Source: Alphaproteobacteria bacterium
GTDB taxonomy: Bacteria > Pseudomonadota > Alphaproteobacteria > UBA7887
Assembly: GCA_965216755.1 (NCBI GenBank)
Contig: CBDCGL010000011.1
Span: forward strand, 1,344,001 to 1,408,000
Length of the DNA stretch: 64,000 nt
Direction: 5' to 3'
Of the stretch, positions 1-8,184 are shown piece by piece. The notes under the pieces are model-generated. The model ran no database searches. It saw only the letters and a program-made list of their open reading frames with translations, and was not told where the DNA came from. A program made the translations under genes and the position numbers. The first letter of the stretch is position 1. Each line of letters opens with the position of its first letter.

Positions 1-198
1 GGCCGGGATTAGGCGAGCGACCGCCGCTTCAATGAAGGCGGCTTCTGCGTCGGTAAAAAATGTATACGTCTTGTCCATCGTACCTAGATCGGCACGATGA
101 ACGCGCGCCTCTGTGTGTGGCGCCGAGGCGACAACGTCCGACGCGGCCACGGATGCGACCGTGCCCGCGAGTATCTGTAGGAACCTTCGCCGGTCCAT
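1..198 (-). CDS. Gluconate 2-dehydrogenase subunit 3 (gamma) family protein, Tat-exported; 5' part only, runs off the window
   Basis: Not in the ORF track. Manual translation from ATG at 198: MDRRRFLQILAGTVASVAASDVVASAPHTEARVHRADLGTMDKTYTFFTDAEAAFIEAAVARLIPA. Twin-arginine motif, the family-typical YxFFxxxEAAFIEAAVARLIP segment, and a GGGAGG RBS upstream. Confidence 0.8.
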   Translation of the reverse strand, partial: MDRRRFLQILAGTVASVAASDVVASAPHTEARVHRADLGTMDKTYTFFTDAEAAFIEAAVARLIPA

Positions 199-692
199 CT
201 TGGGTTTTCCTCCCTAAAAGGACCGCGCAGCGGATCGTAAACGGTCGGCGGAAAGACTTTGTCGTCAGCCCTGCCCCCCGGCCGGACACCCGCGACACGA
301 TCCGTGATTCTTGAGTCGAACCAAAAGCGTAGCTGGCGTCCGTTTGCGGTTCAAACCGAAAATGCCGCCGATTCAGTTTGTTGCAGCGCAAACTAACGAT
401 CAACCATGCGCAAACGCACATGGCTGCTTGTCAATACGGGCACCGGATGAAACGACATCCGTCTATGAATTCAAGGCTGTAGAGACACCCGGCATACGCT
501 TTAGACGTTCCGAACAAGGTGCCGGTGCGTCGAAATGCAGGTCACCGCGACGTGCCGGTGGATTGCCATGCGCGCCCGAGTCGATGCCAATTTCCAAGAA
601 ACTTGAGATTGACTAGAACATTTGTAGTCCGAAACGCCGTGCGATTCGCAGGTTTCGTCGCGCGTCGCCCCTACCTATTGCTGACACGGCGC

Positions 693-1709
693 TTACGTGT
701 AAAGCCGCTCGCCTCTTATACCCTCATATAGATGGGCGACCTGATCCGCGTATCCGTTGAAGAGCAATGTTGGTATTTTCTCTTTCGACCCCAACCGCTT
801 CTCAGTCCGTTGACTCCAACGCGGGTGGCGGACTTTAGGATTGACGTTCGCCCAAAAGCCATACTCGTTCGGTTGGACGTCCTCCCAAAACGTCTGCGGC
901 CTGTCTTCCACCAGCGTGAATCGCGTGATGGACTTGATGTGCTTAAAGCCATATTTCCAAGGCACCGCGAGACGCAACGGCGCCCCATTCTGTTCCGGCA
1001 AAGGCTTGCCATAGGCGCCGACAACGACGAAGGCGAGTTCATTGGTCGCCTCGTCAATAGTCAAAGCCTCCGTATACGGCCACGGATACCACGCCTGGCG
1101 TTGGCCAGGCGCGATATCGCTGTCGAAGAAGCTTTCCATGCGAAGAAACTTGGCGTCGCTCAAAGGGCGCGCCATGGCGATCAGCTCGCTAAGCGGAAAT
1201 CCGCTCCAGGGCACCACCATCGACCAGGCTTCGACACAACGATGCCGATATACCCGCTCCTCGAGCGGCATTCTGTGAACCAAATCATCGAATGAAATCG
1301 AGATCGGTTTTTCGACCAATCCGTCGATGGTGACATCCCAGGGGCTGGTCTGAAGGTTGACGGCCGTTTTCCATATGTTCTTGTGCGAGCCGAACTCGAG
1401 AAAATTGTTGTACCGAGTCACCAACTTTTTCTCCGTGATCGAGTCGTCAGCCACGTACGCGGCATTGCGCATGACCGGGAGAAGCTCGGCAACCGAGCGT
1501 GCCCCCGCGGTCGATATTTCCGGTGCATCCGGCGCTGCCGATTGTTCGCCTTCGTCGCCCGTATCACACGCGGCGATAAGTCCCGTTACCGACACCATCG
1601 TGGAGGCTATCGCCAACCCGCGCAGAAACTTACGGCGTTCCCGGAATGTATGCTCGGGAGTCACGGCGCTCTCGTCGATCGCCCATCCGGGCCGCACACG
1701 CACCAGCAT
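693..1709 (-). CDS. msrP: Protein-methionine-sulfoxide reductase catalytic subunit MsrP (YedY), Moco-dependent
   Basis: VTPE..F..RRKFL Tat signal; YNNFLEFG, RHRCVEAWSMVVPW (Mo-ligating Cys), QNGAPLRLAVPWKYGFKHIKSI and EYGFWANVNP..HPRWSQ motifs. Confidence 0.95.
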   Translation of the reverse strand: MLVRVRPGWAIDESAVTPEHTFRERRKFLRGLAIASTMVSVTGLIAACDTGDEGEQSAAPDAPEISTAGARSVAELLPVMRNAAYVADDSITEKKLVTRYNNFLEFGSHKNIWKTAVNLQTSPWDVTIDGLVEKPISISFDDLVHRMPLEERVYRHRCVEAWSMVVPWSGFPLSELIAMARPLSDAKFLRMESFFDSDIAPGQRQAWYPWPYTEALTIDEATNELAFVVVGAYGKPLPEQNGAPLRLAVPWKYGFKHIKSITRFTLVEDRPQTFWEDVQPNEYGFWANVNPKVRHPRWSQRTEKRLGSKEKIPTLLFNGYADQVAHLYEGIRGERLYT

Positions 1710-1843
1710 ATCCTTACATCACCTGCCCGGCCCGAAGTACCAGATCCGAAGTCAACATATGCCGTGTACATAGCGTATATCGCGACAGCCACGCCATAAA
1801 CAAATTTGTGCGCCACGCAGTCATACCAATCCCGAGCGGCATT

Positions 1844-2266
1844 CTATTGTGAGGCAAGTGGATAAAGTATCAACGCGCCATTTGGCGCGATCCAATACCA
1901 CCCGTGAGCGCCCGCATGGATCTCAGTTGGTTCACCCGCCTCGGCCATACCAAAGAAACCCGGCACGTTCGGGACCATCGGCATAGCCGGCATACCCACC
2001 ATGCCGACCATCCCCGCTTGCGGCATGGTCGGCCCCGACGGATACAGGGCCAACTGACCCGTGGTCAGGATTCGATACCATCCCGTTGACCCCAGGACAC
2101 CCCCAGCAGTGTAGCCGCGCGTCGCAGGATCCAAGCTCGATTGGCTTGCCGCAACCGTCCCCCCTGCGACCATCAAGAAAAGACACGCCAAAACTAGGCC
2201 ACCGTAAGCCTTTAGCTTGTAGCTACCGCACCTGTCCGGTGCCACCCTCGTGCCCAGCGTGTTCAC
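1844..2266 (-). CDS. Small secreted Met/Gly-rich protein with two copies of a G[WF][YF]x[IV]xxxGx[LI]xLYP motif
   Basis: Hydrophobic signal-like segment; GWYRILTTGQLALYP and GWYWIAPNGALILYP flank MPQAGMVGMVGMPAMPMVP. GTG start overlaps the stop of the regulator gene. Confidence 0.7.
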   Translation of the reverse strand: MNTLGTRVAPDRCGSYKLKAYGGLVLACLFLMVAGGTVAASQSSLDPATRGYTAGGVLGSTGWYRILTTGQLALYPSGPTMPQAGMVGMVGMPAMPMVPNVPGFFGMAEAGEPTEIHAGAHGWYWIAPNGALILYPLASQ

Positions 2267-3624
2267 GTCGAACCCGACGACTCCTCATGCAAACCATATT
2301 TTCGGATCAGACGGTACGTGTTTCGCTCACTTATTCCAAGTGTGGCCGCAACTTTTACCCTATGACCCGAGTATTTTTCCAAGAGATGCTTCAGATAATC
2401 TTGCTCTATTTCTTTCAAGCTCGGTTCGTGATCAAATGACAAGACCAACTCCTCGGCCTTCGGCGACTGCTCGGTCGACAGAACGACATGCTCTTCATGA
2501 ATGGTCGGATGTGCACCGGACAGAATTATCGCGCGCTCCACTACATTCTTCAGCTCTCGCACGTTACCCGGCCAATCATATGCCATCATTCTTTTCATGG
2601 CGCGCCGCGATACGCGCTTGTCAATCCGTCTTGAAAAATCGTGATTGCTAATGAAATGATTAACCAAGTCTTCAATGTCCTCTCGACGTTCACGCAATGG
2701 CGGTACCGTTATGACAAAGGCACTGAGTCGATAAAACAAATCTGAACGAAACCGGCCGTCCCGACTGAACTTCTCTAGATTGGCATTTGTCGCGGCAACA
2801 ATTCGAACATGCGCTGTCAGGTCCTTTGTGCCGCCGACGCGCCGGAATTGACCGGATTCAAGAACGCGCAGCAACTTTGCCTGGATGGACGAAGTGATTT
2901 CGCCGATCTCATCGAGAAAGAGCGTGCCGCCTTCGGCCCCCTCGATTAACCCTTTCTTCTGTCGATCAGCACCGGTAAAGGACCCACGCTCATGGCCGAA
3001 AAGTTCCGATTCGAACAACGTTTCCTGTAAGGTACAGCAGTCCAACGCGACAAAATTGCGATTTAGTCGCGCGCTGCGTTCGTGGATTTCGTGGGCGACA
3101 AGCTCCTTGCCGACACCGCTTTCGCCTTGGATCAAAACGGTCATATCCGACGGCGCCACAGCATCGATCAGACGATTGACCTGCTCCACCGCCGTGCTGT
3201 TGCCGACCAAAAAAGTTCGCCGACTGGTGCGCAACCGATCTTCAACAAACTGCAAATTGCGGCGCAGCGCGGCATTCTCCAAGACTCGGTCGACAACGAC
3301 TTCCAATTCTTCCAAGTTGACGGGCTTGGAGAGATAGTCGGCAACGCCCAACTGCATGGCCTTCACGGCTTTCTGCACAGACGCATATGCCGTTAATATG
3401 ATGACCGGTTGCTGCGCGACGAGATCCGAAAGGAATTCGTACCCGTCAGCATCAGGTAGTCGTGGATCAAGAACGATCAGGTGTGGCTCGTACGCTGTCA
3501 GATAGTTTTCCGCAGCCGCCCAACAATCGACGCCCTCGGTTGCATAGCCGACTTGGTTGAGTTGCTTGACAAGCAAACTATTCAGAACTTGATCGTCCTC
3601 AATGATCAATATGTTCGGCTTCAA
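2263..3624 (-). CDS. Sigma54-dependent response regulator (NtrC/AtoC family: REC-AAA+-HTH)
   Basis: ILIIEDD receiver, GESGVGKE Walker A, ESELFGHERGSFTGA, LFLDEIGE, WPGNVREL, C-terminal Fis-type HTH. Probable TTG start at 3624 with GGGAG RBS. Confidence 0.95.
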   Translation of the reverse strand: MKPNILIIEDDQVLNSLLVKQLNQVGYATEGVDCWAAAENYLTAYEPHLIVLDPRLPDADGYEFLSDLVAQQPVIILTAYASVQKAVKAMQLGVADYLSKPVNLEELEVVVDRVLENAALRRNLQFVEDRLRTSRRTFLVGNSTAVEQVNRLIDAVAPSDMTVLIQGESGVGKELVAHEIHERSARLNRNFVALDCCTLQETLFESELFGHERGSFTGADRQKKGLIEGAEGGTLFLDEIGEITSSIQAKLLRVLESGQFRRVGGTKDLTAHVRIVAATNANLEKFSRDGRFRSDLFYRLSAFVITVPPLRERREDIEDLVNHFISNHDFSRRIDKRVSRRAMKRMMAYDWPGNVRELKNVVERAIILSGAHPTIHEEHVVLSTEQSPKAEELVLSFDHEPSLKEIEQDYLKHLLEKYSGHRVKVAATLGISERNTYRLIRKYGLHEESSGST

Positions 3625-5512
3625 CGCAGGCTCCCTGATCGACAACTGCCTGATATCCGGCGCGCGGCAACCGAATCTCAAATAGGGTTCCGACGCCGAC
3701 ACCACTCCTTACCTCGATCGTGCCCCCGTAGCGCTCGATGATAGCTTTGGCAATCGAAAGGCCCAATCCGGTCCCTTTTTCACCATCTGCCCGGCGGCTG
3801 AAAAATGGATCATAAATGTGAGGAAGGTCTCCAGGCTGGATCCCACAGCCCGTATCCTCGAATATGATTTCTACGTTGTCTTGCGTCTCCGAAGTCGCGA
3901 TTCTGAGTTCGTCGCCCGGCGACATGGCGTGAAACGCGTTTTGCACAAAATTCAGGACAATCATTCGAATCTCGCTGTCGCTGCACAGTACGCGCGGTTG
4001 CCGCGGATCCAGATCAAGCTCTATGCGATGTTCATGCGACTTGGATTCAAACGACAATAGAGACACGGTGTCGCTGATCGCACGGTTGACATCGACCAGT
4101 TCCGGGGACCTGCTTGGTGGTGCGCTCAACTTCATCAAGCGCTCTGTCACTTCGATGCATTTATCGATCTCAGTATCGACAGTACTCAGATACTGACCTA
4201 TGTCATCAAGGGACTTATCTTCCCGCCCCGTTGCTCGGAGCGCCGCTTGCAGCGCCAACCTGATAGAGCTCAGCGGATTGTGGATTTCGTGCGCGACACC
4301 CGTGGCGAGTTGGTCCAATTCCTTCAACTTCTGCTCTTGGGAAATTTGCATCTCGTTTGATAGGTCGCGAATGGACTCAACGACCAGCGTCTTCGGCCGT
4401 CCCTCTTCTTCCAACATAAGTGGTGCGGCGTAAACCTGCACCCGCGACAGGGACCCGTCGTTTAGAACATGCTGGTGGATCGTCTTTACGGGTTTCCCTG
4501 TGCGCGCGATTTCAGTCAACGGACAAATGACCAATCCAGCCGGACAGGGGCTTTCGCGGCGATGACTTGACTCATAGCAGGGTATGCCGACCACGTCGGT
4601 CATATGAACGCCAAGATGGCGACAATAGGCCGAATTCGCCGTGACGATCGCGTGGTCCGAATCGATCACACGCAATGGATCTGGATTTGCTTCCAACAAT
4701 GCTTGCAGAAATTGCCCTCGCCTTTGCGATTCCCGGATACTTGTCGCCAGATTGTGTGCCATTTCGTTGAAACGGTTTTCAAGCTCGGCCATTTCGTCAC
4801 GCCCACGTACGGCGACTCGGCTATCAAGCTGTCCCGAAGACAGTTTGCGCGTCGCCGTCGCCAACTGGCGAACTGGGCGAACCACGTTGTTGCGGACAAA
4901 CCACCATCCAGCACCAACCGTCAACAACACCACGAGCGCGCCCGAACCGGTTAACATAAAGGCCAGCATACGGGCATCCCGACGCACCGGCGCGGCGTCA
5001 TAGTCGACAAAGATGACACCATTGACCGGATGCGCTTCGACCGAACCATGACACCCGATACAAGCAGGGCGGTTCCGGATCGGGTTCACGCTGCGCAACA
5101 CCTCCCGTCCCTGCGCATCAACAGTAAAAACACTGCGCGGCCGGGACGCCGTCTCCGATGCGTGACACCCGGCGCAGGCAGGATCGGTGCCGCGGTCAAA
5201 CCGTATTCCGACACGATCTCCTGACGATGCAAACCTCACTTCACCCGCCGGGTTCACAATCATGACGCCGCTAATCCCCTGCTGCTGACCGAGGCGTACG
5301 ACAATATCCCGCAATCCACTCAGGTCTCTTTTCAGCATCGCATTCTCTAGCGATGCTTGGAGCAAGCGATTGATCTGTGTTGAGGCCTCCGTGCGTTCGC
5401 GCTCCAGTTGCGCGCGATACATGCCGACAAACAGCACTAAGAAAATAAGCGACGCGGCAACCAGACCAATCGTCATAATGACGGTAAATCTACGATCTAG
5501 TCGCGATATCAA
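3599..5512 (-). CDS. Membrane sensor histidine kinase with periplasmic diheme-c domain, HAMP, PAS, HisKA and HATPase domains
   Basis: Two TM segments flank CAGCH (5162-5176) and CIGCH (5048-5062); HAMP (GRDEMAEL), Cys-rich PAS (CYESSHRRESPC..CP), AHEIHNPL H-box, DTGCGI and GTGLGL boxes. Start uncertain (ORF extends to 5587; TTG at 5512 has an RBS). Confidence 0.92.
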   Translation of the reverse strand: MISRLDRRFTVIMTIGLVAASLIFLVLFVGMYRAQLERERTEASTQINRLLQASLENAMLKRDLSGLRDIVVRLGQQQGISGVMIVNPAGEVRFASSGDRVGIRFDRGTDPACAGCHASETASRPRSVFTVDAQGREVLRSVNPIRNRPACIGCHGSVEAHPVNGVIFVDYDAAPVRRDARMLAFMLTGSGALVVLLTVGAGWWFVRNNVVRPVRQLATATRKLSSGQLDSRVAVRGRDEMAELENRFNEMAHNLATSIRESQRRGQFLQALLEANPDPLRVIDSDHAIVTANSAYCRHLGVHMTDVVGIPCYESSHRRESPCPAGLVICPLTEIARTGKPVKTIHQHVLNDGSLSRVQVYAAPLMLEEEGRPKTLVVESIRDLSNEMQISQEQKLKELDQLATGVAHEIHNPLSSIRLALQAALRATGREDKSLDDIGQYLSTVDTEIDKCIEVTERLMKLSAPPSRSPELVDVNRAISDTVSLLSFESKSHEHRIELDLDPRQPRVLCSDSEIRMIVLNFVQNAFHAMSPGDELRIATSETQDNVEIIFEDTGCGIQPGDLPHIYDPFFSRRADGEKGTGLGLSIAKAIIERYGGTIEVRSGVGVGTLFEIRLPRAGYQAVVDQGACVEAEHIDH

Positions 5513-5647
5513 CGGCGTGACCCTCAGCCAGAAACCCCTTTTGACAATGTCACAAATCGGACATTTCAATTGGGCCCAAAAAAGCACATAGTTATAAGGG
5601 TTTTTGGGACGTAACGCCAGCGCGGCGCCCTCCCAACGCGAGTCGTC

Positions 5648-6700
5648 TTATGCCAAGACTTGAAAGAGATTGAGCTTTCGTCCGGTTTCACGACATACCC
5701 AACACGTCGCGGACTCAAGAGCCTGGTCGCCCGGCATGTGAAACGGCGTACCACAGCGCGCACAGACCTGGCGCCGCAACGGCAATTGAAGCTGCGTGGG
5801 CGCGATGTCGGTCCCGATCGATATGGCGTGCTGTCTGCAAACATCCACACACAGCATACACCCACTGCATCGGTTCGCCTTCAGCCCATAGTGCGTATTG
5901 TCACCGTCACGCCGCAGAGTGATCGCGCCATGTGCGCACAAGCGCACGCAGGCGTCACAGCCCGAGCACCGTTCGCTGTCGATCTCCGGGACAAAGGGAA
6001 GTAGAGCCGTATCGCCATCCGCGAACAGAGGTGGCCTGTGCTTTGGCCGTGGCGCCTCGTCCGCGACCGTCTGTCGCTCGACGCGATCGATAAGTGTACT
6101 AACCATACCCTTCAGGAGCGAACGACGGCCGAGCCCGTTGTCGCGCCGGCGCACTTCGGCGCCGTCACGCGCCGCCCGCCACTTGCCGACGGGCAGCAAG
6201 CGAATGGCCAAAGCCGGCTGGTCCCGCGCCGACAAATACTGGTTCACGGTATCAACGACAGACTCAAGGCGCATACACGCCCCCCGCCGGCATGTGTCAC
6301 ATGGTGCCTCGGCGACCCACAACGTATAGATTCCGCGGTCGTGAAGTTGGAACAAAGCACGCATCGAAATTGCATGGACACATGGCACGACGCCTGCGCC
6401 GTCGTCGCTTGTCGCAGTATCGCAGGCGACGAACGCGACGCCTTGCCCGCGCACATCACGCATTGTTGTGGCAAATTTGGCCTCGATCGCGGATTCTGGG
6501 CATACTGCCGCGCACAGGCCGCAGCCGTCGCAACGGCCGACGTCGATCATCAAGCCATCATCGCACAACGACAAAGCGCCTTCGGGGCAGGCCTTGACAC
6601 AGGCGGTGCATGTCGCATCGACCGTACGCCCGTGGACGCATAAGTTGCCATCAATCTCGGGACATTGATCGTGCGCCGCATCCCTCGGCGAATCCGCCAT
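5648..6700 (-). CDS. Polyferredoxin / multi-[4Fe-4S] protein associated with the molybdoenzyme
   Basis: CTACVKACP, CDGCGLCAAVCP, CSGCDACVRLC, CSGCMLCVDVC plus further CxxC pairs. Confidence 0.85.
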   Translation of the reverse strand: MADSPRDAAHDQCPEIDGNLCVHGRTVDATCTACVKACPEGALSLCDDGLMIDVGRCDGCGLCAAVCPESAIEAKFATTMRDVRGQGVAFVACDTATSDDGAGVVPCVHAISMRALFQLHDRGIYTLWVAEAPCDTCRRGACMRLESVVDTVNQYLSARDQPALAIRLLPVGKWRAARDGAEVRRRDNGLGRRSLLKGMVSTLIDRVERQTVADEAPRPKHRPPLFADGDTALLPFVPEIDSERCSGCDACVRLCAHGAITLRRDGDNTHYGLKANRCSGCMLCVDVCRQHAISIGTDIAPTQLQLPLRRQVCARCGTPFHMPGDQALESATCWVCRETGRKLNLFQVLA

Positions 6701-6714
6701 TTCCAATCGACCAA

Positions 6715-7488
6715 TCACCAACTCGGCGCGGTGCCAGGTAGATAAGTTGGGCCCAATTCGCCGCAGTCTTTTGAAAATCTCTTGTTGGCGCGTAGCTGCT
6801 CGTAGTTGGGCTTGGGCTGATCAAGTGCAAGTGCGAACAATTCACGTGCGCGATGAAGATAGGCTGCAGTCGTTCCCGCCAAACCCGCGTAGAAAGGCAT
6901 TTCGCACCGCGCCATGACGCGCTCCGCGAAAGCGTCGATCCAGAGCAGGAGGTGCTGATCCAAAAACGCTGCCGCGTCTCTCACCGCCTGCAAATCGCGT
7001 CCATCCGTCAGCAACCGGCCAACAAACTGCAGTTGCAAAACCAGGTGATCATCCGCGCGACTTGCCCAGTCTTGAACACAAACACCGTGGCGCCGGTACC
7101 AAGCCCGCACTTCAAACATCGGTTGCTGACGTTCCAATCCATCTTCGTCCAGCCACACCGATTCGTAAGGGGACGCGCGGTAGCCATGCGTCAAATAGAT
7201 TTCGCCATATTCGACCGCGAGCCGATCCAGTACGTCATCACCAGGTGTATCTGGCAACGCCGCCACCGCCTGATCGAATATATCGAGTGCGGCGCGTCCC
7301 GCCGCCGTCTCCAGTCGAAGACCCAGGCTTTGGGCAAGCCCTTCTTCACGCAGCGCTGCTAGGGTCTTCGCCTCTGGCTCCTTGTCATGAAGCATGGCCA
7401 AGAGCTTGAGATCCGCGGCCACACTCGTCCGCAGTTGGTCGAGCAAATCACGACCCCCGGGCATCTCGGACGCCACGGCCGATGCCAT
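6715..7488 (-). CDS. dmsD: TorD/DmsD-family molybdoenzyme maturation chaperone
   Basis: SPYESVWL and ADDHLVLQLQF motifs, FLDQHLLLW; directly downstream of the dmsB-like gene. Confidence 0.88.
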   Translation of the reverse strand: MASAVASEMPGGRDLLDQLRTSVAADLKLLAMLHDKEPEAKTLAALREEGLAQSLGLRLETAAGRAALDIFDQAVAALPDTPGDDVLDRLAVEYGEIYLTHGYRASPYESVWLDEDGLERQQPMFEVRAWYRRHGVCVQDWASRADDHLVLQLQFVGRLLTDGRDLQAVRDAAAFLDQHLLLWIDAFAERVMARCEMPFYAGLAGTTAAYLHRARELFALALDQPKPNYEQLRANKRFSKDCGELGPTYLPGTAPSW

Positions 7489-7489
7489 T

Positions 7490-8161
7490 TCAGCCGGCAT
7501 CGACGCGGCCTTTGCTGTGCGCCACAAAAGCAATCGACGGTCTGGTTAACGCTGGATCCGCCAAATTCTTGACTTGCTGCGTCACTTTGTCCGCCGGACC
7601 CAACGCCTTAGTCTCATAGCCACCCGCTACGATCTGGTCAATCGGCCCAACATCCAGCACGCGCATCATGCAAGCCATGACGCAATAGGGTTTTCGACCC
7701 GCATCAATTTCGTCGACGCACATATTGCATTTCTTGACCAGGTTATCTTCCGGATCAAATTGCGGTGCACCATAGGGGCATGCGGCCTCGCATCGCCGAC
7801 ACCCAATGCACAGCGTCGAGTCGATATCAACGATGCCATCTTTCTTGCGCTTGAATATGGCCCCGGTCGGACATGTCGGCAAACATGCCGGTTCTGCGCA
7901 ATGGTTGCATGACATATTAACCTTGTACGCATAAACGTCCGGGAACTGGCCGCCTTCGATGTATTGCACTCGGCGAAATCGAGGCCCTGGGCCAAGACCA
8001 TTCTTGTCTTTACAAGCAATTTCGCACGCGCGGCACCCGATACAATCAACGTTGTGATGCACGAATCCGAGTTGCGTATCGGGCACGACCGGCTTGTAAA
8101 CTTCGCGCTTGCGCCTCTTGACTGCTTCTTTGACCCGTGCCTTATCGATCTGGTTCGTCAT
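7490..8161 (-). CDS. dmsB: DmsB-like four-cluster [4Fe-4S] electron-transfer subunit
   Basis: CIGCRACEIACK, SCNHCAEPACLPTCPTGA, CIGCRRCEAACPYGAPQF, KCNMC...PYCVMAC. Confidence 0.9.
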   Translation of the reverse strand: MTNQIDKARVKEAVKRRKREVYKPVVPDTQLGFVHHNVDCIGCRACEIACKDKNGLGPGPRFRRVQYIEGGQFPDVYAYKVNMSCNHCAEPACLPTCPTGAIFKRKKDGIVDIDSTLCIGCRRCEAACPYGAPQFDPEDNLVKKCNMCVDEIDAGRKPYCVMACMMRVLDVGPIDQIVAGGYETKALGPADKVTQQVKNLADPALTRPSIAFVAHSKGRVDAG

Positions 8162-8184
8162 GGAACAACTCCCCCTAAAACGTT

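Noticed and set aside
29-731. ORF-track entries 29-421, 60-314, 311-616 and 519-731, including a possible msrQ
   Set aside because: No recognisable motifs or TM segments. The credible gene here is the 1-198 minus-strand fragment.
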